Shown: positions 37,359 to 46,889 of the stretch, in pieces | Layout of the letters: the number at the start of each line of letters is the position of its first letter | Position numbering within the stretch: the first letter of the stretch is position 1 | NCBI GenBank assembly: GCA_023428915.1 | Contig: JAEYWL010000058.1 | Span: 1-62,758, forward strand | DNA from: Verrucomicrobiota bacterium | Lineage (GTDB): Bacteria; Chlamydiota; Chlamydiia; Chlamydiales; JAEYWL01 | DNA length: 62,758 bases | Reading direction: 5' to 3' | Translations under genes and position numbers: made by a program | Notes under the pieces: generated by a model | Seen by the model: only the letters and a program-made list of their open reading frames with translations | The model's database searches: none | What the model was told of the DNA's origin: nothing

Positions 37359-37851
37359 GTTGTGCTTCTGCTGTGATTCCGGGATGTTCCTTCACCAACA
37401 TCACCTCATAGGTGTAGTTCATTTTTGGCAGATTGGCTGTTTTTGGGGTTACGGCAATGATGAGTTTCTTCCGGTAATAGTGCCTGGCGACTAGTGTGTC
37501 TTCAGCCGGTTTGACCCTTCCATCCTTAAAAGTGTAAGTAGCAGTGCAGGGAAGATGCTTAGGAAAAAAAGACTCCGCCTCATTGCCAAAGGATTGTTCT
37601 TGCTGTTCTGCGATCTGCTGCCAGGAAATCTTATTTTCATACAGGTTTTGCATGACATTGACAAACAATAGATTGACAATCCGTTCCAGCTCCAGTTTAG
37701 TTTGAAATTGCGCTTCTTGTTTGTATACAAACACTTGAGAAGAAAAAAAAGGAGATGCACATAAAACAACCAGCAGCAAAGCGATCAAGACCTCTAAGAG
37801 GAGGAAATTGCGCCTTTTAAATTGTATGGCATTAAGAGGAGATTTGCGCAT
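37318..37851 (-). CDS. Pseudopilin-like protein (minor pseudopilin candidate)
   Basis: 177 aa. N-terminus ...FKRRNFLLLEVLIALLLVVLCASPFF. Overlaps the upstream gene by 20 nt. Confidence 0.6.
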   Translation of the reverse strand: MRKSPLNAIQFKRRNFLLLEVLIALLLVVLCASPFFSSQVFVYKQEAQFQTKLELERIVNLLFVNVMQNLYENKISWQQIAEQQEQSFGNEAESFFPKHLPCTATYTFKDGRVKPAEDTLVARHYYRKKLIIAVTPKTANLPKMNYTYEVMLVKEHPGITAEAQLEELEDEKELDAE

Positions 37852-38464
37852 TGGCAGGTTCTTCTTGTTTCAATTTCCATTCGGCGCGGAGATCGCTTGG
37901 GTACACTGCGGCGCTTTCTGGTTTTTTAAAAGCGGTATCCGGCTTTGGCTTTAAGGCTATCGGACTCATTTGACCTGAGAGCGCTAATTCCCTATACATA
38001 GGGCCTTCCTGACGCAGATCGTTATAGCCGGAAAGGAGCAATACTCCCTCAGGTAACTGCGAACGCAAGCTGGAAAACTTAAGGCTGTTTATTTCCCCGT
38101 TTGTTTCTTTATCTTTAAAGCTCACCCGTTTGATGCCTTTAAGCACTTGGTCTTGGTTTAACAACTTTGCAAGCTGATGCGGAAGGGGATAGTCGCAATC
38201 GATAAGGCACAGCTGCTCGCCGTTTGCGCTGCTTTCAAATTGCACAGTTACATCGGTTTGAAAAATCAGCATGAGGTTTTGCGCGGAGGCTAGTTTGTCT
38301 ACAACCTGGTCAACCCCGGCGCGAAAGCGCTGCTGCTCTAAGAGATCGGCTACTTTAAAACCGATAAGCCCTGCTGTCATGGCGATGAGCGCCATGACAA
38401 TTAACATTTCAAGCAAGGTAAACCGGTAGGGATTTTGCTTTCTATGCAGGGGCAGGGAACGCAT
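37832..38464 (-). CDS. Pseudopilin-like protein (GspH-position candidate)
   Basis: 210 aa. N-terminus ...NPYRFTLLEMLIVMALIAMTAGLIGF has a prepilin-type FTLLE motif. Starts 9 nt after gspG. Confidence 0.65.
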   Translation of the reverse strand: MRSLPLHRKQNPYRFTLLEMLIVMALIAMTAGLIGFKVADLLEQQRFRAGVDQVVDKLASAQNLMLIFQTDVTVQFESSANGEQLCLIDCDYPLPHQLAKLLNQDQVLKGIKRVSFKDKETNGEINSLKFSSLRSQLPEGVLLLSGYNDLRQEGPMYRELALSGQMSPIALKPKPDTAFKKPESAAVYPSDLRAEWKLKQEEPANAQISS

Positions 38465-38472
38465 GAAGCGGC

Positions 38473-38859
38473 TTACTTTTTATCCCCAAACATAGTCCCG
38501 GGATTCTTTCGAAGGTAATCAGTGTAACGTTCAGAATAAATTTCTATTTCACCTTTATCCGTTAATCTATGGCTATACTTTTTGCCCCAGCCGTCATATA
38601 TTAAATCATTGGCATTACTTACCAGCGGTGATCGTTGTACGTACTCATCCCATTTGTCAATATCGAATGAGGGGTCGTTCGACGCGATCAAAGTCAGGAT
38701 CGTAGATAGTTTCTCCATACCCACTTTAGTCTTAAAGGCTTTGCCTTCTTCCAAGCTGCCCTGATATTTATAGGCCACAGCGCCGATAATCAATGCGATT
38801 AGGAACATGACGATCATCATTTCGATCAGAGTGACGCATCTTCTTTTTAGTTTGTGCAT
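38473..38859 (-). CDS. gspG: Type II secretion major pseudopilin GspG
   Basis: 128 aa. MHKLKRRCVTLIEMMIVMFLIALIIGAVAY, then GspG-like KAFKTKVGMEKL and DGWGKKY. Sits directly downstream of gspF. Confidence 0.8.
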   Translation of the reverse strand: MHKLKRRCVTLIEMMIVMFLIALIIGAVAYKYQGSLEEGKAFKTKVGMEKLSTILTLIASNDPSFDIDKWDEYVQRSPLVSNANDLIYDGWGKKYSHRLTDKGEIEIYSERYTDYLRKNPGTMFGDKK

Positions 38860-38922
38860 ATAAAAACCTCATTATATTAGCGCAATTATACCTTATTAAA
38901 TCTAAAAAAAGAAGATAATCTC

Positions 38923-40110
38923 TTAGTTTAATGAGAAAGAAGCTACATCTGTCAGCGGGAGCAGAATGGCGATCATGACCATGCCGATAATGCCGCCCAT
39001 TATAATTAAAATAATAGGCTGGGCTAGAGCGGTGACGGTAGCCAAGGTTTTTTCCAGATTTTCCTCGTACATATCGGCAATTTTTTCCAGCATGATGGGA
39101 AGGTTGCCGCTGTCTTCGCCGACCCTGACCATGCGGCTGACCATGGAGGGGATAAACTTGGAGCGGCTTAATTGCGTGCTCAAGGAGCTGCCCTCTATGA
39201 TTTTTAGTTCTGCGGTTTTCATTTCCTCTTCCAAGGCAATGTTTTTCATCACTTCGGTGGACATGCGCAGCGCGTCGATAAGCGGAAGGCCTCCTTGCTG
39301 CAGTGTGGATAGGGTGCGGCTAAAACGGGCCACTGCTGTTTGGATGGCCAGCCGCTTCACTACGGGAATTTTTAAGACAAAACGCTGCAGCCATAATTTG
39401 CCTTTCTGCGAACGCAATTGAAAAAAAGCCCAGCTGAATATTCCAAGAGAGGCGGGGAGATAAAGCCACCACTTTTCCCGAAAAAAACGGCTAAGCCCCA
39501 GTACGAAGCTCGTAAATCCATTGAGCTGCCGCTCGGCAAACATCCCTTCAATAGAGGGGACGACAAACCCTAAAAGCATGCCGATTACGAGCAACGAAAA
39601 GCAGGCCAATACCCCGGGATAAATCATGGCTGCTGAAAGTTCTTTGCGCATTTTAAGCTGCTTGGACAGCAATTGCGACAGCCTTTCTAAAATTAGGCCT
39701 AAAGCTCCTGCCGCTTCGCCGGCCGCCACCATTGAGCTGTAAAGCTTGTCGAAACTGTCCGGATATTGCTTCATCGCTTCGGATAATGAACTGCCGCGTT
39801 TGATTTGGTCGCAGAGGCTTAACAGAATGCGATGGAATGATTCGTGGCGGTACTGTTCTTCAATAGCGACGAGGCTTTCGTATAGAGGCACTCCGGCATT
39901 CACTAACTGCGCCAGCTGCATGGTAAAAGCTTGCAGATTTTCTCCTTTTAAATTTTGCCGCGAGGATACTCCCGCCTTTTGCGCCAGGGAGACGACCATT
40001 AAGCCCCGCTCCCGCAGCCTTTCTTTGGCTTCTTTTTCTAACTGGGCTTCAATAACTCCGCTTTGTTTTTTGCCGAGTTGATCGAGAGCCTGGTATTGGT
40101 ACAAAGGCAT
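38923..40110 (-). CDS. gspF: Type II secretion inner-membrane platform protein GspF
   Basis: 395 aa. MPLYQYQALDQLGKKQSGVIEA N-terminus, duplicated T2SSF domains and 3 TM segments. Confidence 0.9.
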   Translation of the reverse strand: MPLYQYQALDQLGKKQSGVIEAQLEKEAKERLRERGLMVVSLAQKAGVSSRQNLKGENLQAFTMQLAQLVNAGVPLYESLVAIEEQYRHESFHRILLSLCDQIKRGSSLSEAMKQYPDSFDKLYSSMVAAGEAAGALGLILERLSQLLSKQLKMRKELSAAMIYPGVLACFSLLVIGMLLGFVVPSIEGMFAERQLNGFTSFVLGLSRFFREKWWLYLPASLGIFSWAFFQLRSQKGKLWLQRFVLKIPVVKRLAIQTAVARFSRTLSTLQQGGLPLIDALRMSTEVMKNIALEEEMKTAELKIIEGSSLSTQLSRSKFIPSMVSRMVRVGEDSGNLPIMLEKIADMYEENLEKTLATVTALAQPIILIIMGGIIGMVMIAILLPLTDVASFSLN

Positions 40111-40115
40111 AAATG

Positions 40116-41828
40116 CTACTCCTCATCAATGCCGCGAGTGACGCGCAGCACTTCGGGAACTGTAGTGATGCCATTTGCCGCTAAAAAGGCTCCATGGTCG
40201 CGCAAGGCCATCATGCCATTTTCCATGGCAAGGCGCCTTAACTCGATAGCGTCGGGACTTTTTACGATTTGTTTTTGCAAGACGTGGTTGACAGGCATAA
40301 GCTCGTAAATACCGTGGCGGCCGCGGTAGCCGTAGCCATAGCAGGATTGGCAGCCTTTGCCTCTGAAAAGCCCTCCATGCGGCAGCTTATCTGCGGTTAA
40401 GCCCAGGCTTTGCAGTTCTTTGTCCGCGGGCGTATAGACCTCGCTGCAGTTAGGGCAGATGCGGCGCACTAAACGCTGGGCCAGCACTCCGGCAATGCTT
40501 GAAGAAAGCAGGTAAGGCTCAATTCCCATATCCACCAAACGGGTGATAGCGGAAGGCGCATCATTGGTGTGCAGGGTGCTTAATACCAGGTGTCCTGTTA
40601 AAGCAGCCTGTATGGCGATTTCAGCGGTTTCAGCATCCCGGATTTCACCGATCATGATAACATCAGGGTCTTGGCGGAGAATATGCCTTAACCCTTTGGC
40701 AAAGTCCAGCTGGATGTTATGCCGCACCCCGATTTGGGCAATCCCTTTCAGATTGTATTCTACAGGATCTTCTATGGTCATAATATTGATTTCATCGTCG
40801 TAGATGTCGGAAATGGCGCTGTATAAGGTAGTGGTTTTACCGCTGCCTGTAGGGCCGGTCACTAATACAATGCCTTCCGGCAGGTGGATAAGGCTGCTGA
40901 ATACTTCTTGTACATTTGGAAGCATGCCCATCGTATCCAAACCCAATTGCACATTGCCTTTATCCAGGATACGCAAGACGATTCTTTCGCCGCCTACAAT
41001 GGGCACTGTGCTGACGCGAAAGTCGATTTCGCGGCGCCCCATCTTCAGCTTGATCCTGCCGTCTTGCGGCAAGCGCCTTTCGGCGATGTCTAATTTGGAC
41101 ATCACTTTTATGCGGGTAAGCAGCTGTGCCTGGTATTCAAGGGCGGGGGAATGGCGGTTGTGCAGCACGCCATCGATGCGGTAGCGCACGCGCATGCCGC
41201 TTTCTGTCGGCTCAAAATGGATATCGGAGGCGTTTTGCTGTATGGCTTCAGATAGGATTAAATTCAGCAGTTTGATAATCGTAGCCTGGCTTTGCGAATC
41301 ATCGAGCAAGTCGTAAACTTCAATTTCGTCTTCTTTACTCTCTTCATTTTGGTCTGAGAGGTTGGCCAGGAGTTGGGAAGCCTCGCCATGCTCTACATTG
41401 TAGCGGTCGTTGATGGCGGAGATAATGACTTCTTTGGGGGCGTATACCGGCTTCACCGGGTGATTGAGCATAAGCCTTAATTCTTCCAAAGGCTCGAGAT
41501 TGAGCGGGTCGGCCACGGCAATGATAATTGCGCCCGCTTCATCTTCGATCGGCAAGACAGTATGCTTTTTTACAAATGCATAGGGCACTTTGCGGAACAT
41601 ATCTTTATGCAGCCGGGACTGCGGAAGATCGGCATAGACCGGAATGCCGAATTGCCGCGCCAGCATTTGATGGGAATCTTCACCGCTGAAAGCGCCTTGA
41701 CGCAATAATTCATCGCTAAATGATAAGGTATTTAGCTGGACAGGCTCATGATGCGGTTGTTCTGCTTGTTTTCCGGTTAGTCCTTCCAGCCATTTTTTCC
41801 CTCTTTGCAGGAGGTTTTTACCTTCCAT
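40116..41828 (-). CDS. gspE: Type II secretion ATPase GspE
   Basis: Walker A GPTGSGKTTTLY, Asp box and Walker B VIMIGEIRD, His box LVLSTLHTNDA, tetracysteine CPNC...CQSC. The ORF opens at 41885; I prefer the ATG at 41828 (MEGKNLL), which overlaps the gspD stop by 11 nt. Confidence 0.92.
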   Translation of the reverse strand: MEGKNLLQRGKKWLEGLTGKQAEQPHHEPVQLNTLSFSDELLRQGAFSGEDSHQMLARQFGIPVYADLPQSRLHKDMFRKVPYAFVKKHTVLPIEDEAGAIIIAVADPLNLEPLEELRLMLNHPVKPVYAPKEVIISAINDRYNVEHGEASQLLANLSDQNEESKEDEIEVYDLLDDSQSQATIIKLLNLILSEAIQQNASDIHFEPTESGMRVRYRIDGVLHNRHSPALEYQAQLLTRIKVMSKLDIAERRLPQDGRIKLKMGRREIDFRVSTVPIVGGERIVLRILDKGNVQLGLDTMGMLPNVQEVFSSLIHLPEGIVLVTGPTGSGKTTTLYSAISDIYDDEINIMTIEDPVEYNLKGIAQIGVRHNIQLDFAKGLRHILRQDPDVIMIGEIRDAETAEIAIQAALTGHLVLSTLHTNDAPSAITRLVDMGIEPYLLSSSIAGVLAQRLVRRICPNCSEVYTPADKELQSLGLTADKLPHGGLFRGKGCQSCYGYGYRGRHGIYELMPVNHVLQKQIVKSPDAIELRRLAMENGMMALRDHGAFLAANGITTVPEVLRVTRGIDEE

Positions 41829-44373
41829 CGTACTCTCCCATGTACTCGCAAGTTTCCGCGGGGCAATCCATTGTTGGTACACCATCTAGCGGGGCTATGC
41901 AACGGCCGGGTTCGCGGCCCAATAAAATTTTCATGCTTTGGGCGAAAATGCGGGTCCTTTCATATTCGCGCGCTTCTACCAATCTGCATAGAAAATCGGG
42001 AATATCGCCAGGGCGGCGGGCCATTTCTTCTGCACGGATCCGATAGAGGTCTTCGGCTGGATCCACCACTATTTTGGGGGTAATGAAGATATACATATCA
42101 GTCTTGTCATCTTTCATGCCGACAGTGCTAAACAATTTACCTATAGCGGGAATTTCACATAAAAAAGGAATGCCATCCCGTTTATCATGGGAATTTTTCC
42201 TTCTTAAGCCTCCCAAAATTACAGTTTGTCCATCGGGGATGATAACTTCGTTAGTGATGTTGCGCCGGACAACTGTCGGGCGGTTAGCGATATCGCTCTG
42301 GATAGTGTCAAAGTTGACGTTAGTCTCCAGGGTGATCATATTAGGCGAGTCATCGTCAAAATCCTCGCAGCTATCACGCATATGGATGGTTGGAATGATA
42401 TCCAAGGTAATACCATACTGGCCGCGGGTATAAGCATCCTTTAACGTCACCCCTTTTACCGTTTCAACCTCAAAAGTTCCCGTATTGATTGAAAACTCTT
42501 CCACAATCGCCACTCTGGCGGGAGTTTGGTTCATCGTGAGTACAGAGGGGTTGGAGTTAATTTGCACGTCTTCCTGGGAAAGGAGAAAATTGTAGGCAAA
42601 GTCATAAGCAGGCAGTCCGTGATTAGCCATGCGGCTAATCATAAAATGCAGGATGCCATGGCAAGGGCCGTCCTTGTGGTCATTATAGGTTAAGCTTGTG
42701 GCATGGGTATTGGAAGCAGCTGCACCTATTCTCAAAAGATTTAAACCATAGTCGGTGCACTCGCGCAGCCTTTTTTCAAACAGCAAAACTTCGATCTGCA
42801 CCATTTTCTTGGGGACGTCTAATTTGCGGGCGACCTCCAATAATTTTTCCAGCAGGTCTTCTTCAACAACCATGACGATAGCGCCTGTCTTTAGATCTAC
42901 AATAAAGTTAGGGCGGCCCTCATTGGGCGGCCTTGCGACTCTGTTGGGCACTAATGTGACTGGCGCAGGGTTGACTGCGACATCCCCTTCCTGGAACCAA
43001 TTCTCTTGATAGAGCTGTTCAGGGTATTTATAAAGGGCTGTAGGCTTTTCTTCCACTATTGTGGTGACGTTTCCGCTATCCACTACCGGACCGCCAGGGC
43101 CTCCCGGAACCACGATCACTCTTTCCTGAATCATCATATTGTAAATGCGGAACAGGATGTCGGCTAGCTCTTCCGGATCGGAATATCTAGTGATATACCA
43201 GTAGACCACCTTTTCACGGGCATTTCCAATTTGGCACTCCACTTCGCAAATCATTTGCTCGGCGCGGCAGATCTCATCAGGCGTTCCTACTAGAAACAGG
43301 GCTTGGCACAATCCCGACATGACAATGATCTTCAAGCCGCCGGCTTCTTCATTGCAATCAAATTCAATGGGAGCTGGAATTACAGCAGGGCCTCCGGGGG
43401 TGCATGGGGGCGTTGCGGGTTTGGGGGGAGGAGGTACCCGCGGGCCGCAAGCGCGGCTAATGGGGGCTTGGTCAAAAAGGGCGTACAGCATTTGCGCCAT
43501 TTGCTCAGCCGGCAAGCGGCGTAAAGGAATTAGCTTATACTGCTGGTCATGGCGGTTCGCCACTACAAAATCGTAAAGTTTTAAAAGGTCGACGATTTCC
43601 GCTGCAGAGGCGACAAGTAATATATCCCTGCCTATCAGATGCAGGAGGGTGGTGTTGGGATTGATGAATTTATCCAAAAACATGAGGATGCGCCTGATCT
43701 CGGCCGGATTTGGCGAAAGCATAAAACCGACGCGCGTTTCTGGCGGGAAAAACTCCAAGTCCATGCGATTGTTCGTGATGTACTTTAGTCCGCAAGGCCC
43801 ATTATTTATTACATAGAGCTCCCGCAGAAAAGGGTTTACCTGCCTGATGCCGATCCCATTTTGGGAAAGCACCAGCTCAAGGAGCTCGCTCCAGGATTCC
43901 CTGGGAATCGGAATGTTTGAATTAACGCTTAAACGGATGCCCGCAATTTCAGGCGTCATCAAATAGACGTATTCCTGCGAACCGAAATCGATGACAAGCT
44001 GTTCAACATTTGTTTCCGGTTGATGCCATAAAGCATAGTTGTCGGCTTGGCTATGCTGGGATGCGCGGTCGCGCCATTCCCGTTCCTCCATGGCCATTTC
44101 AGCCCGTATGCAATTAATATGCTGCAGCAACTGCTGGTATTGTTCAGGGCAGGCTTCTTCATTGTAGAGTTCAACAGCTTGCGCATAAAGGCTTTTAAGT
44201 ACGCTTTTTTTTAGTGCGAGCGATTGGTTTACGGACTGCAGCACCCTCTGGCTTTCCTTATCCATGTCCATGCCGCCCTTATGCAATCCCTGTTTTTTTT
44301 CCGCTATGGTTTGTCCATACAGAGAGGGCATAAACGATAAGGCTATTATTGTGATAAAGAGTTTAATCTTCAC
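41818..44373 (-). CDS. gspD: Type II secretion outer-membrane secretin GspD
   Basis: 851 aa. Signal peptide MKIKLFITIIALSFMPSLYG, C-terminal secretin domain (IPDGQTVILGGL...IPFLCEIPAIGKLFS), and an internal Pro-rich linker PRVPPPPKPATPPCTPGGPAVIPAP. Confidence 0.9.
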   Translation of the reverse strand: MKIKLFITIIALSFMPSLYGQTIAEKKQGLHKGGMDMDKESQRVLQSVNQSLALKKSVLKSLYAQAVELYNEEACPEQYQQLLQHINCIRAEMAMEEREWRDRASQHSQADNYALWHQPETNVEQLVIDFGSQEYVYLMTPEIAGIRLSVNSNIPIPRESWSELLELVLSQNGIGIRQVNPFLRELYVINNGPCGLKYITNNRMDLEFFPPETRVGFMLSPNPAEIRRILMFLDKFINPNTTLLHLIGRDILLVASAAEIVDLLKLYDFVVANRHDQQYKLIPLRRLPAEQMAQMLYALFDQAPISRACGPRVPPPPKPATPPCTPGGPAVIPAPIEFDCNEEAGGLKIIVMSGLCQALFLVGTPDEICRAEQMICEVECQIGNAREKVVYWYITRYSDPEELADILFRIYNMMIQERVIVVPGGPGGPVVDSGNVTTIVEEKPTALYKYPEQLYQENWFQEGDVAVNPAPVTLVPNRVARPPNEGRPNFIVDLKTGAIVMVVEEDLLEKLLEVARKLDVPKKMVQIEVLLFEKRLRECTDYGLNLLRIGAAASNTHATSLTYNDHKDGPCHGILHFMISRMANHGLPAYDFAYNFLLSQEDVQINSNPSVLTMNQTPARVAIVEEFSINTGTFEVETVKGVTLKDAYTRGQYGITLDIIPTIHMRDSCEDFDDDSPNMITLETNVNFDTIQSDIANRPTVVRRNITNEVIIPDGQTVILGGLRRKNSHDKRDGIPFLCEIPAIGKLFSTVGMKDDKTDMYIFITPKIVVDPAEDLYRIRAEEMARRPGDIPDFLCRLVEAREYERTRIFAQSMKILLGREPGRCIAPLDGVPTMDCPAETCEYMGEYDGR

Positions 44374-44381
44374 GGAGGCTC

Positions 44382-45755
44382 CTAATTATTATCTAAAGGC
44401 ATATTAATTGGCGGGCGGATAGGCCCCATATGACTTGGAATTAATGGTTCTGCAGGCTGGCTTGTCTGCGCCGCAGGCACAGTGATTACACTGACATTGC
44501 CTTGGGGAAGCGGGATTTCAACCACATGGCTATCGGAGCGGCTGGGGCTGAAAAGTGTCGCCTGCAGCATCTGCCTTTCCTCTTTTTTTGCAATCCCGTC
44601 AAACACAAACAAAGTGCCTCGAATTTTTCGGTTCACGTAATCGTCAATTTCCTGTTCATTGCTAAGCGCTTTCCATGATCCGTCAAGGAATATCAGCCAA
44701 TCTTGCGGCTTTAGCAATACCCTCTCTTTTTGCACTTCAAATATATACTGCGATCTTGTGCGGGCAGCAATAAATTTAAAGTCCTGCTCTGCTTTTTGCG
44801 GCGACCAATTTTCTGTGGATTTAAGCAAAGTCAGCACGATTTTATTTTTCCCTTCACTATCCCATAAATCGAGGTTCATTAGCCGTTCATCGATTTTTTT
44901 TATTAACAGTAATGGCTTTCCTTGGCTGAGAGGACCTGGTTTTACCAGGCGCCAGCGGCCGTCTTCCCATATTGCTGTATCATTTAAACCGACATAGATG
45001 GAATACACTTCATCATTTTCGCCAAAATCGATCCGCTGCTTGCCGCTTTCTTCCTTGTACTCTTCTCCGCCATGTTTTTCTAAAAATTTATCGGCCCCAT
45101 ACCAGCGGGCTTTTTGCCTGCCTAAAAGCGTGCCATCCACCTTCCATTTGCCGATTTCCCAATTGCCGAGGCTGCTTGAACGAATCATTTCTTTTTGTGC
45201 AAGTTTTAGTTCCGCCAATGCTGGAGGCGCATGGATGATTTGCTCGTTCTCCCCTTTCATATAGACTTTAACTAAAGCTTCATTGCCGCGGATATCTGCT
45301 TCTATCCAGAGAGATGTGGGTTCGTTTTGCGGGCTGAAAATGTAGCGGTTCGGTGTTTGGGTGCGGTCATATAGCAAATAGATTTTCTTGCCGGGAGCCG
45401 AGGTGGCTTGGCTTTTGCCGTCGGTAAGAGAGAAATGCATAGCGGCTTGGTCTTGAACTATGTCAGGTCTGCCGTTGGGGCCGTAGTAGGTCAATAACTG
45501 CCTTAAATCAGGCAGCTTAACCGAAGGAGGCTCATACACCAAACGCAGCAAAGAACTTTCGATGGCATCATAGGCCTGTTGTTTTTGGGTGAAAAAAAGG
45601 CTGGGTTTAGGCCGGGTTTTGTTTATTGGTTTAAAGTCAGTCAAAGAAGAGCTAAAATTAAAGTGAAAAAATAGGGCCAGCAATAACAGTAAAGCTGCCA
45701 GGCCAAAAAGAGCTAAATCTATAAGAGTAAGTACGTTTCTTGTCATGCCGCACAA
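44382..45755 (-). CDS. Membrane-anchored hypothetical protein at the GspC position, first gene of the T2SS operon
   Basis: 457 aa with a single N-terminal TM (LTLIDLALFGLAALLLLLALFF). Its stop lies 8 nt before the gspD start. I could not recognise a PDZ or HR motif by eye. Confidence 0.5.
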   Translation of the reverse strand: MCGMTRNVLTLIDLALFGLAALLLLLALFFHFNFSSSLTDFKPINKTRPKPSLFFTQKQQAYDAIESSLLRLVYEPPSVKLPDLRQLLTYYGPNGRPDIVQDQAAMHFSLTDGKSQATSAPGKKIYLLYDRTQTPNRYIFSPQNEPTSLWIEADIRGNEALVKVYMKGENEQIIHAPPALAELKLAQKEMIRSSSLGNWEIGKWKVDGTLLGRQKARWYGADKFLEKHGGEEYKEESGKQRIDFGENDEVYSIYVGLNDTAIWEDGRWRLVKPGPLSQGKPLLLIKKIDERLMNLDLWDSEGKNKIVLTLLKSTENWSPQKAEQDFKFIAARTRSQYIFEVQKERVLLKPQDWLIFLDGSWKALSNEQEIDDYVNRKIRGTLFVFDGIAKKEERQMLQATLFSPSRSDSHVVEIPLPQGNVSVITVPAAQTSQPAEPLIPSHMGPIRPPINMPLDNN

Positions 45756-45854
45756 TTAGTAAAAAGCTTAAATCAGATAAAGGATAGCAAATATAAGCAT
45801 AAAATGCACAAAATGATATAGTTACTGCGAAAAAAACTTATTTGTAAAATTAAA

Positions 45855-46889
45855 ATGCAGCAATTTGATACTAAATCCCTAATTACTTGGTTTGAAAAAG
45901 AGCAGCGGGAATTCCCCTGGCGCGACAAACCCACTCCTTACGCCGTTTGGGTCTCTGAAGTTATGCTGCAGCAGACCCGGGCAGAAGTAGTGGTCCCTTT
46001 TTTTGAGCGCTGGATGCGCAGGTTTCCCTCCATTGCTTCGCTGGCCGCTGCGCAATTGGAGGATGTAATAAAAAATTGGGAAGGCTTAGGGTACTATTCC
46101 AGAGCGCGCAATCTGCATAAAGCTGCACAATTTCTGGTGGAGTACTATGAAGGTGAATTGCCTAGCGATCCAGAGGATCTAAAAAAAATTAAAGGAATTG
46201 GCCCGTATACGTTAGGCGCCATCAGAAACTTTGCCTTTAAACAACGTGCTGCAGCTGTTGACGGCAATGTGCTGCGGGTGATAAGCCGTTATTTTACCTG
46301 TTGTGAGGACATTGCCAAAGTTAAAACACAGCAAAAACTGCGCGAGCTGGTACAAGGGATCCTGCCTCAAGCAAAGCCGTGGGTATTTAGCGAAGCCTTG
46401 ATTGAACTTGGTGCCCTGATCTGCACTAAACAGCCGAAATGCTGCCAATGTCCTTTAAAAATGAGCTGTGGTGCCTATCAGCAAGGCTTGACCCAGAAAT
46501 TGCCGGTGAAAAGCAAAGCGCAGACCATAACCAAACTAATGCGGCAAGTAGTGCTAGTGTTATGCGGAGATGCTTGCCTGGTGAAAAAAGGAAGGAAAGG
46601 GGAGATTATGCAGGATTTGTACGAGTTTCCTTATTTTGAAACTGAAGAACAAAACCTCTCTTTAATTGCAGAAGCTGTCTGGCTGGATAAAACTGTTTAC
46701 TTAGATAAATTAGCTCCGGTGCGGCAGTTTTTTACCCGCTATCGCGCAGATTTAATTCCTCATGTATTGCGTGCGGAACAGCGTTTTATGCAAGCGGATT
46801 TTATTTGGATTCCACTCAATGAACTTCAGCAGCTCCCTTTTTCTTCCGGCCATAAGAAAATTTATCAACAGTTAGTGAGGCAATCGTGA
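45855..46889 (+). CDS. mutY: A/G-specific adenine DNA glycosylase MutY
   Basis: 344 aa. FPWRDKPTPYAVWVSEVMLQQT, HhH-GPD GIGPYTLGAI, 4Fe-4S cluster CTKQPKCCQCPLKMSC, NUDIX-like C-terminal domain. Confidence 0.92.
   Translation: MQQFDTKSLITWFEKEQREFPWRDKPTPYAVWVSEVMLQQTRAEVVVPFFERWMRRFPSIASLAAAQLEDVIKNWEGLGYYSRARNLHKAAQFLVEYYEGELPSDPEDLKKIKGIGPYTLGAIRNFAFKQRAAAVDGNVLRVISRYFTCCEDIAKVKTQQKLRELVQGILPQAKPWVFSEALIELGALICTKQPKCCQCPLKMSCGAYQQGLTQKLPVKSKAQTITKLMRQVVLVLCGDACLVKKGRKGEIMQDLYEFPYFETEEQNLSLIAEAVWLDKTVYLDKLAPVRQFFTRYRADLIPHVLRAEQRFMQADFIWIPLNELQQLPFSSGHKKIYQQLVRQS

Noticed and set aside
41829-41885. Longer GspE start at 41885, giving 589 aa
   Set aside because: It would overlap the gspD 3' end by 68 nt and adds a non-conserved 19-aa leader. 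The ATG at 41828 (MEGKNLL) gives an 11-nt overlap typical of this operon. The choice is still uncertain without proteomics.
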